Shown: piece after piece, positions 1 through 10,485 of the stretch | How the letters are laid out: each line of letters starts with the position of its first letter | Numbering within the stretch: position 1 is the first letter of the stretch | From: Ferrithrix thermotolerans DSM 19514 | GTDB lineage: Bacteria > Actinomycetota > Acidimicrobiia > Acidimicrobiales > CAIXPF01 | Direction: 5' to 3' | Assembly (NCBI GenBank): GCA_945906305.1 | Contig: CAMDQT010000004.1 | Location: forward strand, 66,117-130,116 | Length of the DNA stretch: 64,000 nt | Made by a program: the position numbers and the translations under genes | The notes under the pieces: generated by a model | Told to the model about the DNA's origin: nothing | The model's input: only the letters and a program-made list of their open reading frames with translations | The model's database searches: none

Positions 1-33
1 CGGGGTCTTCGGCGGGGGTGGCGTCGTGGCTAC

Positions 34-1218
34 TCATGGGTTCTCCTGGGTCGAGTTCGGTTCGGGGGTCGGCAAGGGGTTGGCCCGGCTTGGCGGCGAG
101 GACGATTTGATCCATCGGCGCCGAGTGGTGACCTCGTCGGTGAGGTGGCTGTCGATTACCTCGTGGCGTTGGACAAGGGTCGAGGCCAACGAGGTAAAGG
201 TGGCGGTGACCGGTAGCGCCATGACTGCACCGATTGGGCCGAGCAAGGCGGCGCCGGCGATCACCGCGCCGAAGGCTACTGCGGCGTTCACCTCCATCGT
301 CTGTGCTGTGATCCGCGGTGCGAGCAGATAATTCTCGACCTGCTGGTAAAGGATGATGAGCCCTAGCACCCACAGCGCTGACACCGGATGCTCCGCCAGG
401 GCAACGAACGCTGGTAGTAGCCCGGCAAGGTAGGTGCCGATTACCGGGATGAACTGCGAGATGATGGCCACCCACAATGCGAGGGCTACGGGTGAGGGAA
501 TGCCGATTAAGGCAAAGGTGGCCCAGTGGAACAGGAACGAGGTGAACGCCAATAGGGCGCGGGAGTAGAGGTAGCCACCGGTCTTGTCCACGGCCACTTC
601 CCAGGCTCGCAGCACCGACCGCTGCCGATCCGGCGGGAGCAGGGAGCAGATGAGCCGACGAAGCTTGGGGCCGTCCGCAATTAGGTAATAACTGAACATG
701 GCCACGGTCAGGAACTGGAAGAGAACCACCAGGACGCGGTTGCCGACGGCAAGGATGTTCGGGGCAATTGCCGCCGCCACATCAGACAGTCGACCACCAG
801 CCTGGAACTCCACGAGGAGCTTGGCGGTGTCGACTTCGGCGTCAAAGGTGTCGTTTATCCAGGATTCGGCCTCGGCGATGTAGATCGGTCCGCGGTCGAT
901 CAGCTCCGCCGATTGGGTGGCGACGACTCGACCGACGACCCAGCTGAAGGACATCGCCGCGGCGACCGTCACGGTGAACACCAACAGCGTGCTGATACTG
1001 CGACGCATGCCCATGCGCTCGAGGCGGTTCACCGCCGGCTCGAGGGCGAAGGAGATCATCAGGGACACTCCGAGCATGATGAACAGGCTGCGCAGTTCGA
1101 CGAACAGCCACGACAACGCCCACAGGACGGCGACGCCGGCGAAGAACAGCGCAATGGCTCGAGGCACCCATGGGGGCATCGTGGCATGGGGAACGTCGGC
1201 GGCTGGCTCGTCGGTCAC
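34..1218 (-). CDS. AI-2E family transporter (PerM/UPF0118-type permease)
   Basis: 394-aa ORF with multiple hydrophobic helices and a family-typical C-terminal bundle (GAVIAGAALLGPIGAVMALPV). Recognised from the translation. Confidence 0.75.
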   Translation of the reverse strand: MTDEPAADVPHATMPPWVPRAIALFFAGVAVLWALSWLFVELRSLFIMLGVSLMISFALEPAVNRLERMGMRRSISTLLVFTVTVAAAMSFSWVVGRVVATQSAELIDRGPIYIAEAESWINDTFDAEVDTAKLLVEFQAGGRLSDVAAAIAPNILAVGNRVLVVLFQFLTVAMFSYYLIADGPKLRRLICSLLPPDRQRSVLRAWEVAVDKTGGYLYSRALLAFTSFLFHWATFALIGIPSPVALALWVAIISQFIPVIGTYLAGLLPAFVALAEHPVSALWVLGLIILYQQVENYLLAPRITAQTMEVNAAVAFGAVIAGAALLGPIGAVMALPVTATFTSLASTLVQRHEVIDSHLTDEVTTRRRWIKSSSPPSRANPLPTPEPNSTQENP

Positions 1219-1233
1219 CTTGGATCCTTCCCT

Positions 1234-2091
1234 TCATTCCAAGTGGCGCATTGCTGGCGCATTTCGAGAAACCAGCCCGGCGTCCATTCGACGGCGGATT
1301 TCACGTCGTCCCTCAGCGCAGTGAGCGGTGTAGGGACACCACGCACACAACGGACCGGTTCGCGGCGCGAACTCTTCGCTGCTGAAACACGATTTGAGGG
1401 CATCCCATTTTTGATGGAGCCGACCGAGCGCCCCATCGATGGCCTCGTCCGTCGTCTCTACCTCAATGCTACGGGACCCGAGGTAGAGCAGGCGGGCTCG
1501 TTTGGTGCTGCCTCCATTGGTGGCCCGCCAGGCGGCCGCGTAGAGCAGGACCTGGTCGAGTTTGTCCGCGGCAAAGCCAGCAGCGGGGGGGCGGCCGCTT
1601 TTGTAGTCGCTCACCACCACTCCGCCTTCGGTGGCATCGACCCGATCGAGCACCCCGAGGAAGGGCACCGTACCGAGTTGGACGTCGAGCCGGCACTCTG
1701 TGGCGAGTACATCGACGCGGGCCGGGTCCTCGAGTTGCCACAGGCCGGCTATGGCCTGCCATACCCGCCATTTGTACTGACGTACCTCGTCGGCCGCGAG
1801 GGACAGGGCGCTGACCTCGGGTGATGCTTGATGCAGAGGCCATTCTTCGGCCGCGAGCGTGCGGGCACGCTCGAGGGTGCGTTGATCGGCCGAGTCGCCC
1901 AGGAGGCGTTCGAGCACGCGGTGCACCAGCGTTCCGGCCAACGCGGCAGCACCGGGTGGATCGGGTAGGTGCTCGACGTAGCGCAGGCGCCAGCGGCGAG
2001 GACATTGTTCAAACAGCGTGGCCGAGGACGGCGAGAGGTGACTCGGTTCGGTCAACGCGCTGGGGTTTTCGCCGTCCGGTGTCACGCTCAC
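1234..2091 (-). CDS. PD-(D/E)XK nuclease, Cas4/RecB-like with 4-Cys cluster
   Basis: N-terminal FEQCPRRWRLRY plus C-terminal CAWCPYTAHC give the Cas4/AddB-type Cys arrangement. DYK motif present. Start moved to the GTG at 2091, because the longer ORF overlaps the upstream gene. Confidence 0.65.
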   Translation of the reverse strand: MSVTPDGENPSALTEPSHLSPSSATLFEQCPRRWRLRYVEHLPDPPGAAALAGTLVHRVLERLLGDSADQRTLERARTLAAEEWPLHQASPEVSALSLAADEVRQYKWRVWQAIAGLWQLEDPARVDVLATECRLDVQLGTVPFLGVLDRVDATEGGVVVSDYKSGRPPAAGFAADKLDQVLLYAAAWRATNGGSTKRARLLYLGSRSIEVETTDEAIDGALGRLHQKWDALKSCFSSEEFAPRTGPLCAWCPYTAHCAEGRREIRRRMDAGLVSRNAPAMRHLE

Positions 2092-2143
2092 CGTTGTACC
2101 GCAGCGGGTGTGACAACAAAGGAATGGTCGAGGTGGTTTCTGT

Positions 2144-2947
2144 TCACGGTCGCATCCGGGTTGCGGCCTCGGCGACGAAGCCGTTGAAGTGTTGCTGCAT
2201 GGTCGGGTCGATTTCGGCGGTGTCCTCGGGATGGTATTGCGTCGCCACCAGCCACTGTTCTCGATGTTCGAGGGCTTCGACCACCCCGTCGGCACTCCGG
2301 CCGACGATCACCAGGCCCTGCCCGACGGTATCGACCGCCTGATGGTGGCTGTGTGCCGCGAGCACGGTGAGCGGCTCTTGCGCCGATGAGGCCGAGCCGA
2401 CCAATCGGTGTAGCCGACACCCGGGTTTGATCGTGACCGGGAGTAGCGGTCCGATGCTCCCCGGCTCGGCCCGGGGGAAGGTGTCCGACGCGTGAGCCAG
2501 AAGCCCGGGTTCGTCGGCCAGATGTTGAATCAGAGTGCCGCCGAAGGCCACGTTCACCAGTTGCAGGCCCCGGCAGATGGCTAGCACTGGTAGCGACCGC
2601 CGCCCGGCCGCGGCCAGCAGTGCTGTCTCGAAGTGATCTTGAACCGGATCGACCCCATAGGTAGCGCGATGGGCGGCCTGGCCGTAGCGCTGCGGGTCGA
2701 CGTCGGACCCGGCCAACAACAGCAGCCCGTGGGCCTGGCGCAGAATTGCGTCGGCGTCCTCATCGTCCTCGAGTGCCCGGGGGGCCACGACCCATTCGCG
2801 GGCGCCAGCTCGCCACAAGGCTTGGAGGTAGGACAGGCCTGCGACCATCGTGGCCTGACGGCCGGCCCGGCCCGGCGCCAGGATTCGGCCCGGTATCACG
2901 ATGATCGGAACTTCGCGCCGATCGCCGCTGCGCAGATCCACCGCCAT
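2144..2947 (-). CDS. Class I glutamine amidotransferase / peptidase C26 (gamma-glutamyl-GABA hydrolase-like)
   Basis: LAICRGLQLVNVAFGG nucleophile elbow and C-terminal HHQAV motif. Confidence 0.75.
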   Translation of the reverse strand: MAVDLRSGDRREVPIIVIPGRILAPGRAGRQATMVAGLSYLQALWRAGAREWVVAPRALEDDEDADAILRQAHGLLLLAGSDVDPQRYGQAAHRATYGVDPVQDHFETALLAAAGRRSLPVLAICRGLQLVNVAFGGTLIQHLADEPGLLAHASDTFPRAEPGSIGPLLPVTIKPGCRLHRLVGSASSAQEPLTVLAAHSHHQAVDTVGQGLVIVGRSADGVVEALEHREQWLVATQYHPEDTAEIDPTMQQHFNGFVAEAATRMRP

Positions 2948-2970
2948 CGCGCTCTCGCCCCAGCTAACGC

Positions 2971-3828
2971 TTAGCGCTTGTATTCGTAGAAGCCGCGGCC
3001 GGCCTTGCGGCCGAAGAGACCCGCCTCGTTCATGCGGGCCAACAACGGCGGGGGGGCGTAGAGCTGTTCACGAAACTCATCGTAGAGCGACTCCGCTACC
3101 GCCATGGTGGTGTCCAAACCGATCAGGTCGGCCAGCGCTAGCGGTCCCATTGGATGGTTGCACCCTTCAACCATGCCGGCGTCGATATCGGCCGCGGTGG
3201 CAAAGCCGGACTCCAGCATGCGTACAGCGGAAAGGATGTAGGGGATCAGCAGCGCGTTGACGATGAACCCGGCCCGGTCCTTGCTGCGGATAACGCGCTT
3301 GTTCAGGTGCTGCGCCGCAAACGCACCTACCTGCTGCTCGGTGCCCTCGGACGTGAGCAGGGAGGTGACCACCTCAACGAGGTTCATCACGGGAACCGGG
3401 TTGAAGAAGTGCATTCCAATGACGTTGGCGGGGCGGCTGGTGGCCATGGCCAGCTTCATGATCGGGATGGACGAGGTGTTGGAGGCCAGGATCACCTCGG
3501 GGTTGGCGATGACCTTGTCCAAGGTTCGAAAGACGGAGACTTTGGCGTCCTCGCTCTCGATCACCGCTTCTACGACAAGGTCGCGGTCGGCGAAATCGCT
3601 GAGGTCGATGGTGAAGCCCAAGCGGTGTACCGCGTCATCGCGGTCGGTGGGGTTCAGTTTGTTCGCGACCACCGCTCGGTCAAGGGACTTCACCAAGCGA
3701 TCCCGACCGCGCTCGGCTGCCTCGGCATCGACCTCGTGCACCAATACATCGAAACCGGCACGGGCGCACACCTCGGCTATGCCCGATCCCATAAGTCCGC
3801 AGCCGACCACTCCGACACGTTCGATCAT
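2971..3828 (-). CDS. 3-hydroxybutyryl-CoA dehydrogenase
   Basis: MIERVGVVGCGLMGSGIA Rossmann N-terminus and 3HCDH C-terminal domain. Its start forms an ATGA overlap with the upstream stop at 3825-3828. Confidence 0.85.
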   Translation of the reverse strand: MIERVGVVGCGLMGSGIAEVCARAGFDVLVHEVDAEAAERGRDRLVKSLDRAVVANKLNPTDRDDAVHRLGFTIDLSDFADRDLVVEAVIESEDAKVSVFRTLDKVIANPEVILASNTSSIPIMKLAMATSRPANVIGMHFFNPVPVMNLVEVVTSLLTSEGTEQQVGAFAAQHLNKRVIRSKDRAGFIVNALLIPYILSAVRMLESGFATAADIDAGMVEGCNHPMGPLALADLIGLDTTMAVAESLYDEFREQLYAPPPLLARMNEAGLFGRKAGRGFYEYKR

Positions 3829-4979
3829 GGGCCGAACCTTACCGGTGAACCGCCCGCCCAACGGGAACGGCGAATCAGACTGTCCGGGCCGATCACGCCG
3901 ACCACATTGCCGGCGTGGTCGACCACCATGACCGTGCCACGCCCGGTCTCCGGGTGGCTGGCGATCACGCTGAGCAGCGACTCATCGACCCGCACCACCG
4001 GTACGTCGCGTCGTGGTTCGAGGAGTTCAGACACCGTCACCCCGGCACGAGCCACCACTGGTACAGCCAGGGCGATGCTCAGGCGGACCACACCGTGCAC
4101 CGCACCGTCTTCGCCGCGCACGAGGAGAACGTCCTGGTGCCGCGACGCGGTGATCGACTCGCCGTGCACCAGCAGTTGTTCGATGTTCATCCAACCGTCG
4201 ACTACCGCTGGAGTGGGTCTCATGACGTCGCCCACAACCCGGTCGCGGAGTTCCTCGCTGAGCCTCCGACGGCGTTCGTGTTCAATGCTCGCGCCGAGCA
4301 CGAACGCCGCGATGACGAGGGCCCAGATCGCGCCGGAGGCGCCATTGCGCAGTTGCAGCAGCCCGAGCAGCCCGAGCGCTGCTCCGACTAGCCAACCGGC
4401 GCGGGACGCTACCGTCTCGCCGAGTTCCGCGCTGCCAGTGGCACCCCAGACCGTTGCACCTAGCACCCGGCCGCCGTCCAGGGGCAGCGCCGGTAGCAGG
4501 TTGAGGGCCAGTAACAGCACGTTGGTACGGGCCAACCAGTCGAACATGGCAGAGCTCAGCGTCGGCACTGTGGCCGAATCCGTCGCAGCGGCCAACAGCC
4601 AGAAGATGCCGCTGGCAACTCCGGTGGCCGCGGGTCCGGCCAACGCGATGCGGGCTTCGGCCGCCGCGGTCCGCGGTGGGGAACTCAACCGGGCGACCCC
4701 TCCGAACATCCACAGCGTGACCCCTTCCACTCCCACTTGCTCGCCGCGGGCGACGAGGGCATGGCCCAGTTCGTGCCCGAGAATTGACAGGGCGAACAGG
4801 GCGGTGGTCGCCGCGGCCGCAGCCCAGTAACGCCAGGGGCCATGGCCGGGGAACGTCGTCGGATACTGGTCGAGGGCCAAGGTCAGCGTGACGAGAGCAC
4901 TCACGAGCAGCAGCCCCCAACTGATGCTCACCCGGATGCCCAAGACGCGGCCCAGGGACAACTCGCTACGTGCGCTCAC
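3825..4979 (-). CDS. Site-2 protease family (M50) metalloprotease with CBS pair
   Basis: HELGHALV zinc motif, TM helices, LPALPLDGG motif and a C-terminal CBS-like region. Confidence 0.8.
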   Translation of the reverse strand: MSARSELSLGRVLGIRVSISWGLLLVSALVTLTLALDQYPTTFPGHGPWRYWAAAAATTALFALSILGHELGHALVARGEQVGVEGVTLWMFGGVARLSSPPRTAAAEARIALAGPAATGVASGIFWLLAAATDSATVPTLSSAMFDWLARTNVLLLALNLLPALPLDGGRVLGATVWGATGSAELGETVASRAGWLVGAALGLLGLLQLRNGASGAIWALVIAAFVLGASIEHERRRRLSEELRDRVVGDVMRPTPAVVDGWMNIEQLLVHGESITASRHQDVLLVRGEDGAVHGVVRLSIALAVPVVARAGVTVSELLEPRRDVPVVRVDESLLSVIASHPETGRGTVMVVDHAGNVVGVIGPDSLIRRSRWAGGSPVRFGP

Positions 4980-5137
4980 CCTATGTCCTCCTCATCGCGA
5001 GCCGTTGGGGTGCTCTTGTTGGTCAGTGTGACCATTGCTGGGCCGGTCGGCTCATTCGTCCCGAGCGGTGCAGGCGGCACGATGAGGCGGTCGGCGGCGA
5101 GTAATGCGACCGATGTCTTGCGAGGTGGGCTAGTCGA

Positions 5138-5168
5138 GCGGGTAGGAGCCGAAATGGCCCCTACCCGC
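5138..5168 (-). terminator. Candidate stem-loop downstream of the DUF3097 gene (no U-tract)
   Basis: 9-bp perfect stem GCGGGTAGG/CCTACCCGC with a 13-nt loop, 26 nt past the stop at 5194. Confidence 0.3.
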
Positions 5169-5193
5169 GACGCGTCTGGCGTGGGTGGCCCGA

Positions 5194-6069
5194 TCATCCA
5201 TCGGGGTGGGTGACAAAGTCGATGAGCTCCTCAACGGCGCCTACGAGCGTGGGGTCAAGGTCGGCATAGGTACGGACCTTGCCCAGTAGTTGCTTCCAGA
5301 ACTTCGGCGCATCGGCGACCCCGAGCGCTTCGCACACGCCGTCCTTCCAGGGGCGGTCGCGGCCTACCTCGGGCCAAGCCGGTAGGCCGACCAAGCCTGG
5401 CTTGATGGCGGCCCAGACATCCACGAAGCGATGACCGCGGACACAGACGCAGGGATGGCGGACCGATTTGGCGATGCGCGCCTCCTTGGAGCCGGTCACG
5501 AGGTGATCGACGAGCACGCCGAGGCGCCGTCCGGGTTCGGGGCCGAAGCTCTCGATGCGCGGGGCCAAATTGTCGATGCCGTCGAGAAGTTCCACGACGA
5601 TGCCTTCGTGGCGCAGATCGTCGCCCCATACCTTTTCGACCAGCTCGGCGTCGTGACGGCCCTCAACCCACAGACGGCTGCCCCGGGCAACTTTGGCGGG
5701 GGATTTCGCGACCGCGATGGAACCCGACGCGGTGCGTTGCAGGGTGCTGTCCCGCGTGCTCGATGGCACGACGAGGGTGGCGATCCGGCCATCGATCAGG
5801 TAGCCACCTTCCTCGAGTGCAAAGCGGTGCTGGGCGCCTCGGCGGTCCCGTAGCAGCACCTGGCCCTTACCCCAACTGACCACGGCACCGACGACGGCGC
5901 TGGCCCGGTGCTCGACGACGAGGCCGGGGGCCATGGCCCGGCGCGGAATTGGCTGGCGCTTGCGGTCGGTGTCGACTGGTCCTGCCACGATGCCGTCGCC
6001 GGTCCGTCGCTGCTGCACCGCATGATCGTACCGACCGGCGACTCGTCGTCGGTGGCCATCGCCATGCAT
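5194..6069 (-). CDS. DUF3097 family protein
   Basis: C-terminal half (LWVEGRHDAELVEKVWGDDL...VRHPCVCVRGH) matches the actinobacterial DUF3097 pattern. Start set at the internal ATG (6069) to leave room before the divergent ABC-F gene; the ORF is open to 6120. Confidence 0.6.
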   Translation of the reverse strand: MHGDGHRRRVAGRYDHAVQQRRTGDGIVAGPVDTDRKRQPIPRRAMAPGLVVEHRASAVVGAVVSWGKGQVLLRDRRGAQHRFALEEGGYLIDGRIATLVVPSSTRDSTLQRTASGSIAVAKSPAKVARGSRLWVEGRHDAELVEKVWGDDLRHEGIVVELLDGIDNLAPRIESFGPEPGRRLGVLVDHLVTGSKEARIAKSVRHPCVCVRGHRFVDVWAAIKPGLVGLPAWPEVGRDRPWKDGVCEALGVADAPKFWKQLLGKVRTYADLDPTLVGAVEELIDFVTHPDG

Positions 6070-6139
6070 TCGATCTTGACCGGCAATGTGATCAGGGCCG
6101 GCGGGTGAGGCCGTCAGCAACGCCTACCTTTGCAAGGTC

Positions 6140-7945
6140 ATGATCGTGGTCGACCTCTCCGCTGTTTCCATGAGCCGCCCCGACCGAGCGTTGTTGTCCG
6201 ACGTCTCGCTCACCGTGTCCACCGGCGAGCGCATCGGCGTCGTCGGCATCAACGGCACCGGGAAATCAACGCTGCTGCGAGTGGTGGCCGGTGTCGAGCA
6301 GCCCGAGAGTGGCACCGTGCGCCGTGGCACGAGTGTTCGGATCAGCCTGCTCGATCAGGGTGGAGACCTACCGGATACGACGGCGTTGGCCGCCGTGGGT
6401 GAGGGCTGGGAGGCCGAGGCGGCCTTGACCCGGCTGGGTCTCGGCGACTTGTTCGACCGCCCGGTGGCGCAGCTCTCGGGCGGGCAGCGCAAGCGGGTGG
6501 CCCTGGCCGCGGCGTTGCTGAACCCCGCCGACCTCTTGATCCTGGACGAGCCGACCAACCACCTCGACGTGGACGGTATCGAATGGCTGGAGGCGGAGCT
6601 CAAAAAGTTGCGCGGCGCGGTGTTGTTGGTGACCCACGACCGTCACGTGCTTGACCGAGTCACCAATCGCATCGTGGAACTGGACCGCGGCCGGGCCTAC
6701 GTGCATCAAGGTGGCTACGCGGCGTACCTCAATTCCAAGGCCGAACGCGAGGCCCTCACGGCGCGGGTCGAGGACGTGCGCCGCAACCTGGCGCGTTCGG
6801 AGTTGGCCTGGTTGCGACGCGGTGCCCCGGCGCGGACCCGCAAGCCAAAGGCCCGTATCGCCGCCGCCACACAAACCGTGCAGGGTCGCGCTCCGAACGC
6901 GGCTCGCGGTGCTGCCCTCGATCTGCACATCGCCGCAACGCCCCGCCTCGGTGACACCGTGATCGAACTGCGTTCGGTTCGTGCCGGGTACGGCGATGCT
7001 GCGGCGCCGGGGGAAATCCGTCCGGTGCTGGATGGGGTTGAACTGGCCCTCGATCCTGACGAGCGACTGGGGATCATCGGTCTCAACGGCACGGGCAAGT
7101 CGACCTTGCTCGACGTGCTGGCGAGCCGTCTGGCGCCGCTGGCCGGTGAGGTGGTGACCGGCCCCACCGTCCGCCTCGGCTATTGGGATCAGCTCGGCGC
7201 GGACCTCGATCCCGACCTGCGTCCGGTGGACGTGGTGGCTGGCCCGGCGCGGCGGCCGGACTGGAGCGATGAGGCTTTCCTGGAACGGTTCTGGTTCGAC
7301 AAGGACAACGCCTGGGCACCGGTCGCGACCTTGTCCGGTGGTGAGCGGCGCCGCTTGCAACTCGTGGCGATCCTGGCGCAGCGCCCGAATGTCCTGCTTC
7401 TGGACGAACCCACCAACGACCTCGATCTTGACACCCTGCGTGTCCTGGAGGATTTTCTGGAGGACTGGCCCGGTGCGCTGGTCGTGGTCAGCCACGACCG
7501 TGCTTTCCTTGAGCGCACCGTGACCGACGTCATCGTCGTGGACGGCAGTGGCGGCGCAGCTCGTCGCCCCGGCGGGTTGGCCCGATGGCTGGCGGACCGG
7601 GCGGGCGGGTCGACCCCAGGGCCCACGTCCTCGGGCGGCCGGTCGGGGCCTAACCGCAAGCGGCCAGCGGGTAGTTCCCCCATAGCAAGGGACGGCGACC
7701 GGCCGATTGGTGCGTCCAAACCATCTGTGAGCACCTTGCGCCACAGGCTGCGCGACACCGAAAAGGAATTGGCATCGCTGACCCGGCAACGCGACGCGCT
7801 GAATGCCCAGCTCGAAATGGCCGGGGTTAGCGCAGATATCGCCGCACTGGCCCGTATTGGGACCGAACTTGCTGCGGTGTCATCGGCCCTCGACGCGGTT
7901 GAGGAGCGTTGGTTGGAGTTGGCGGCACAGTCAGAGTCCGGCTGA
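6140..7945 (+). CDS. ABC-F family ATPase (Uup/EttA-like, no TM domain)
   Basis: Two ABC cassettes (GINGTGKST and GLNGTGKST Walker A; LSGGQRKR and LSGGERRR signatures) and a C-terminal coiled-coil tail. Confidence 0.85.
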   Translation: MIVVDLSAVSMSRPDRALLSDVSLTVSTGERIGVVGINGTGKSTLLRVVAGVEQPESGTVRRGTSVRISLLDQGGDLPDTTALAAVGEGWEAEAALTRLGLGDLFDRPVAQLSGGQRKRVALAAALLNPADLLILDEPTNHLDVDGIEWLEAELKKLRGAVLLVTHDRHVLDRVTNRIVELDRGRAYVHQGGYAAYLNSKAEREALTARVEDVRRNLARSELAWLRRGAPARTRKPKARIAAATQTVQGRAPNAARGAALDLHIAATPRLGDTVIELRSVRAGYGDAAAPGEIRPVLDGVELALDPDERLGIIGLNGTGKSTLLDVLASRLAPLAGEVVTGPTVRLGYWDQLGADLDPDLRPVDVVAGPARRPDWSDEAFLERFWFDKDNAWAPVATLSGGERRRLQLVAILAQRPNVLLLDEPTNDLDLDTLRVLEDFLEDWPGALVVVSHDRAFLERTVTDVIVVDGSGGAARRPGGLARWLADRAGGSTPGPTSSGGRSGPNRKRPAGSSPIARDGDRPIGASKPSVSTLRHRLRDTEKELASLTRQRDALNAQLEMAGVSADIAALARIGTELAAVSSALDAVEERWLELAAQSESG

Positions 7946-8028
7946 GCGTGCCCGGTTGAGCTGGCGGCGATTGGGGCCGGGAGGAGAAGGGCTTCGGTAG
8001 GCTCCCGCCGGTCGAAAGGCGGTCCTGC

Positions 8029-8850
8029 GTGCTGCGAGTCATGACCTGGAACCTGTGGTGGCGTTTCGGCCCGTGGCAGGCCCGCCAAGCGGCCATCGCT
8101 GCGGTGTTGGCCGAGCAGTCGGCTGATTTGATTGGGCTGCAGGAGGTGTGGGTCGAGGAGGGCGGTGTCAGCCAGGCGGTGCGGCTCGGCGAGCGGCTCG
8201 GTATGCATGTCGCACACGGTGAGCTGCGATTTCGCCATGGGCTGGCGTTCACCAATGCGGTGTTGTCACGCTGGCCCTTCGAGTGGCAGGACTCCGTCGT
8301 GTTGCCCGATGCCCACGGCGCGGCGTCGCACCGTCAGGCGGTGCTGGCCCGGGTGGCTTCGCCCTTCGGGCCGGTGCTGTTCGTGACCACCCACCTCGAC
8401 TGGGCGTTTGACGGCAGTGCGACCCGTCAGGCGCAGGTCGCGGCGCTGTGCCAGTTGGTGGCCACCCACCGGCCTGACCCCACCGAGGGGTTTCCGGTCG
8501 TGCTTACTGGAGATCTCAACGCCGTACCGCACAGCGAGGAGATCCGTCTGTTGACCGGTGCGGCTCCGGTCCCGGTGGCCGGGCTGGCGTTCACCGATTC
8601 CTGGGAGGTGGCCGGTGGTGGCGAGGCGGGCCATACCTGGAACGGGGTGAACCCGTATCTGGCCGACGCGTCCTACCCCAATCGCCGCCTCGATTACATC
8701 TTGGTCAGCTGGCCTAGACCCAAGCCGTTGGGCTCGGTGAGTTCGGTACGGCTGGCGGGAATGGATCCGATCGACGCCGTGATGGCCTCGGACCACTACG
8801 CCGTGGTGGCGGAGTTGCGCACCGAGCACCCCACCGACCTGCGCAGCTGA
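8029..8850 (+). CDS. Endonuclease/exonuclease/phosphatase (EEP) family protein
   Basis: MTWNLWW...LQEVW N-terminus, TGDLN motif and C-terminal SDH motif. Confidence 0.8.
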   Translation: MLRVMTWNLWWRFGPWQARQAAIAAVLAEQSADLIGLQEVWVEEGGVSQAVRLGERLGMHVAHGELRFRHGLAFTNAVLSRWPFEWQDSVVLPDAHGAASHRQAVLARVASPFGPVLFVTTHLDWAFDGSATRQAQVAALCQLVATHRPDPTEGFPVVLTGDLNAVPHSEEIRLLTGAAPVPVAGLAFTDSWEVAGGGEAGHTWNGVNPYLADASYPNRRLDYILVSWPRPKPLGSVSSVRLAGMDPIDAVMASDHYAVVAELRTEHPTDLRS

Positions 8851-8876
8851 CAGCCCAGGCGCTACGTTCAGCGGCC

Positions 8877-9671
8877 ATGTCGGGCGAACTGCAAGGAAGG
8901 GTCGCCATCGTTACCGGTGGTGGTCGGGGAATCGGCAAGGCCATCGCGCTGGGCTTGGCGGCCGATGGCGCTGACGTGGTGGTGAACTATCGACGCGATG
9001 GCCTCGCCGCAGCCGAGACGGTGGCGGCGATCGAAGGCCTCGGGCGTCAGGCCATTGCGGTCGCGGCCTCGATCGACGATTTCGATGCGTGCGCCGCTCT
9101 GGTCGAGGCCGCCGTTGGGCACTTCGGTTTTGTGGACATCCTGGTCAACAACGGTGGCATCGCCAGCCAGGGTCGCTCGGTGGCAGACACTGACCCGGCT
9201 GAGATGGCTCGGGTGGTGCACACCCACGCCTTTGGGGCGTGGAACATGTCCAAGCTGGTCCTACCGACGATGCGTACTCGCCCCCGAGGCGACATCGTGA
9301 TGATCTCTTCGGTGGCCACCATGTCCAATGGTGCCAACGGAGCGCCCTACAACATGGGTAAGGCAGCCCTTGAGTCCTTGGCCTTTACCCTCGCCAAAGA
9401 GGAGCGACCGCACGGCATCCACGTCAATATTGCGGCCCCCGGTCTGGTGGAGACGGACATGGGGCGACGATTGGCCCGCGCCGTCGCCGGGGTCGAGGAT
9501 CTGCGCACCCTCGATGCCACGATGCCTTTCGGGCGGGTCTGTCAACCGGAGGACGTGGCGGACGTGGTGCGGTTCTTCTGCTCCGCCAAGGCTGGCTATC
9601 TCACCGGTGAGAAGCTGAATGTGTGGGGTGGTGGCCAGGACTGGCGCAACGCCGGCACGGCGGAACACTGA
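8877..9671 (+). CDS. SDR family oxidoreductase (FabG-like)
   Basis: TGGGRGIG cofactor motif, NNGG, and the YxxxK region (YNMGKAAL). Confidence 0.85.
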   Translation: MSGELQGRVAIVTGGGRGIGKAIALGLAADGADVVVNYRRDGLAAAETVAAIEGLGRQAIAVAASIDDFDACAALVEAAVGHFGFVDILVNNGGIASQGRSVADTDPAEMARVVHTHAFGAWNMSKLVLPTMRTRPRGDIVMISSVATMSNGANGAPYNMGKAALESLAFTLAKEERPHGIHVNIAAPGLVETDMGRRLARAVAGVEDLRTLDATMPFGRVCQPEDVADVVRFFCSAKAGYLTGEKLNVWGGGQDWRNAGTAEH

Positions 9672-9782
9672 GCGAGGCGACTCGCCCCTGCGTCGAGGGC
9701 GTCGCTCCCGCTACCATTTCTCCTACGGCGATGTTGGAAATCCCGGGCTGTTGGCCCATGTCGACCGAGAGGGAGCAGGTGC

Positions 9783-10463
9783 GTGATGTCGAGGACCGAG
9801 GCGATGGACAGCGGTGTGGCCGATGGCGGCGAGGCCGACGCGGTTATCGAGTTGGTCGAGTTCGTACTCACCGTCACCCCTCAGGCGATCGAGAAGGTGC
9901 TGGAACTACGTTCCGGTGAGGACAAGGCCGAGCTGATGGGTCTCCGGGTGGAGATCACGGGCCATGTCGGCGTGGACTTCCAATACGACCTGTCCTTCGA
10001 ACCTCTCGAGGATGTTGCCGAGGGTGACTCGGTAACGGTGCAGTCGGGCCTGTCGGTCATCGTTCCCGCCAAGAGCCTGATCAATCTGCAGGGCTCGACG
10101 CTCGATCTTCCCACCAACGCCGCCCAGGGTGGGTTAGTGATCCGTAACCCGAACCGGCCCAATCCCCTGGCGGGGCTCCACCTCGAGCTGTCCGGCACCA
10201 TGGCGGAGAAGGTTCAGACACTGCTGGAGCAGTCCGTCAACCCCTCGCTTGCCGCTCACGGGGGTTTCGCCACTCTGATTGGGGTGGACGAGGAGGCCGG
10301 CAACGTCTATCTCACCATGGGTGGCGGGTGCCAGGGCTGCTCGATGAGCCGAGCCACGCTGACCAATGGCATCAAGGCCGCCATCATCGAGGCCATGCCC
10401 GAGATCGTCGACGTCATCGATGCCACCGACCATTCTGCGGGTAGCAGCCCCTTCTACAGCTGA
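9783..10463 (+). CDS. NfuA-like Fe-S biogenesis protein (degenerate HesB/IscA-like N-domain plus Nfu domain)
   Basis: C-terminal Nfu domain with GGGCQGCSMS. N-terminal A-type-carrier-like fold. Confidence 0.7.
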   Translation: MMSRTEAMDSGVADGGEADAVIELVEFVLTVTPQAIEKVLELRSGEDKAELMGLRVEITGHVGVDFQYDLSFEPLEDVAEGDSVTVQSGLSVIVPAKSLINLQGSTLDLPTNAAQGGLVIRNPNRPNPLAGLHLELSGTMAEKVQTLLEQSVNPSLAAHGGFATLIGVDEEAGNVYLTMGGGCQGCSMSRATLTNGIKAAIIEAMPEIVDVIDATDHSAGSSPFYS

Positions 10464-10485
10464 GCGCCGTCCCGCGCCCCGCCGG

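Noticed and set aside
3154-4830. Very long ORFs antisense to, or out of frame with, recognised genes (for example 3154-4830, 6368-7789, 17170-19092, 46680-48344, 19544-20368, 61343-62851).
   Set aside because: Their translations are Arg/Pro/Gly/Ala-rich with no recognisable motifs, and each fully overlaps a gene with clear family signatures. These are typical shadow ORFs of GC-rich DNA.
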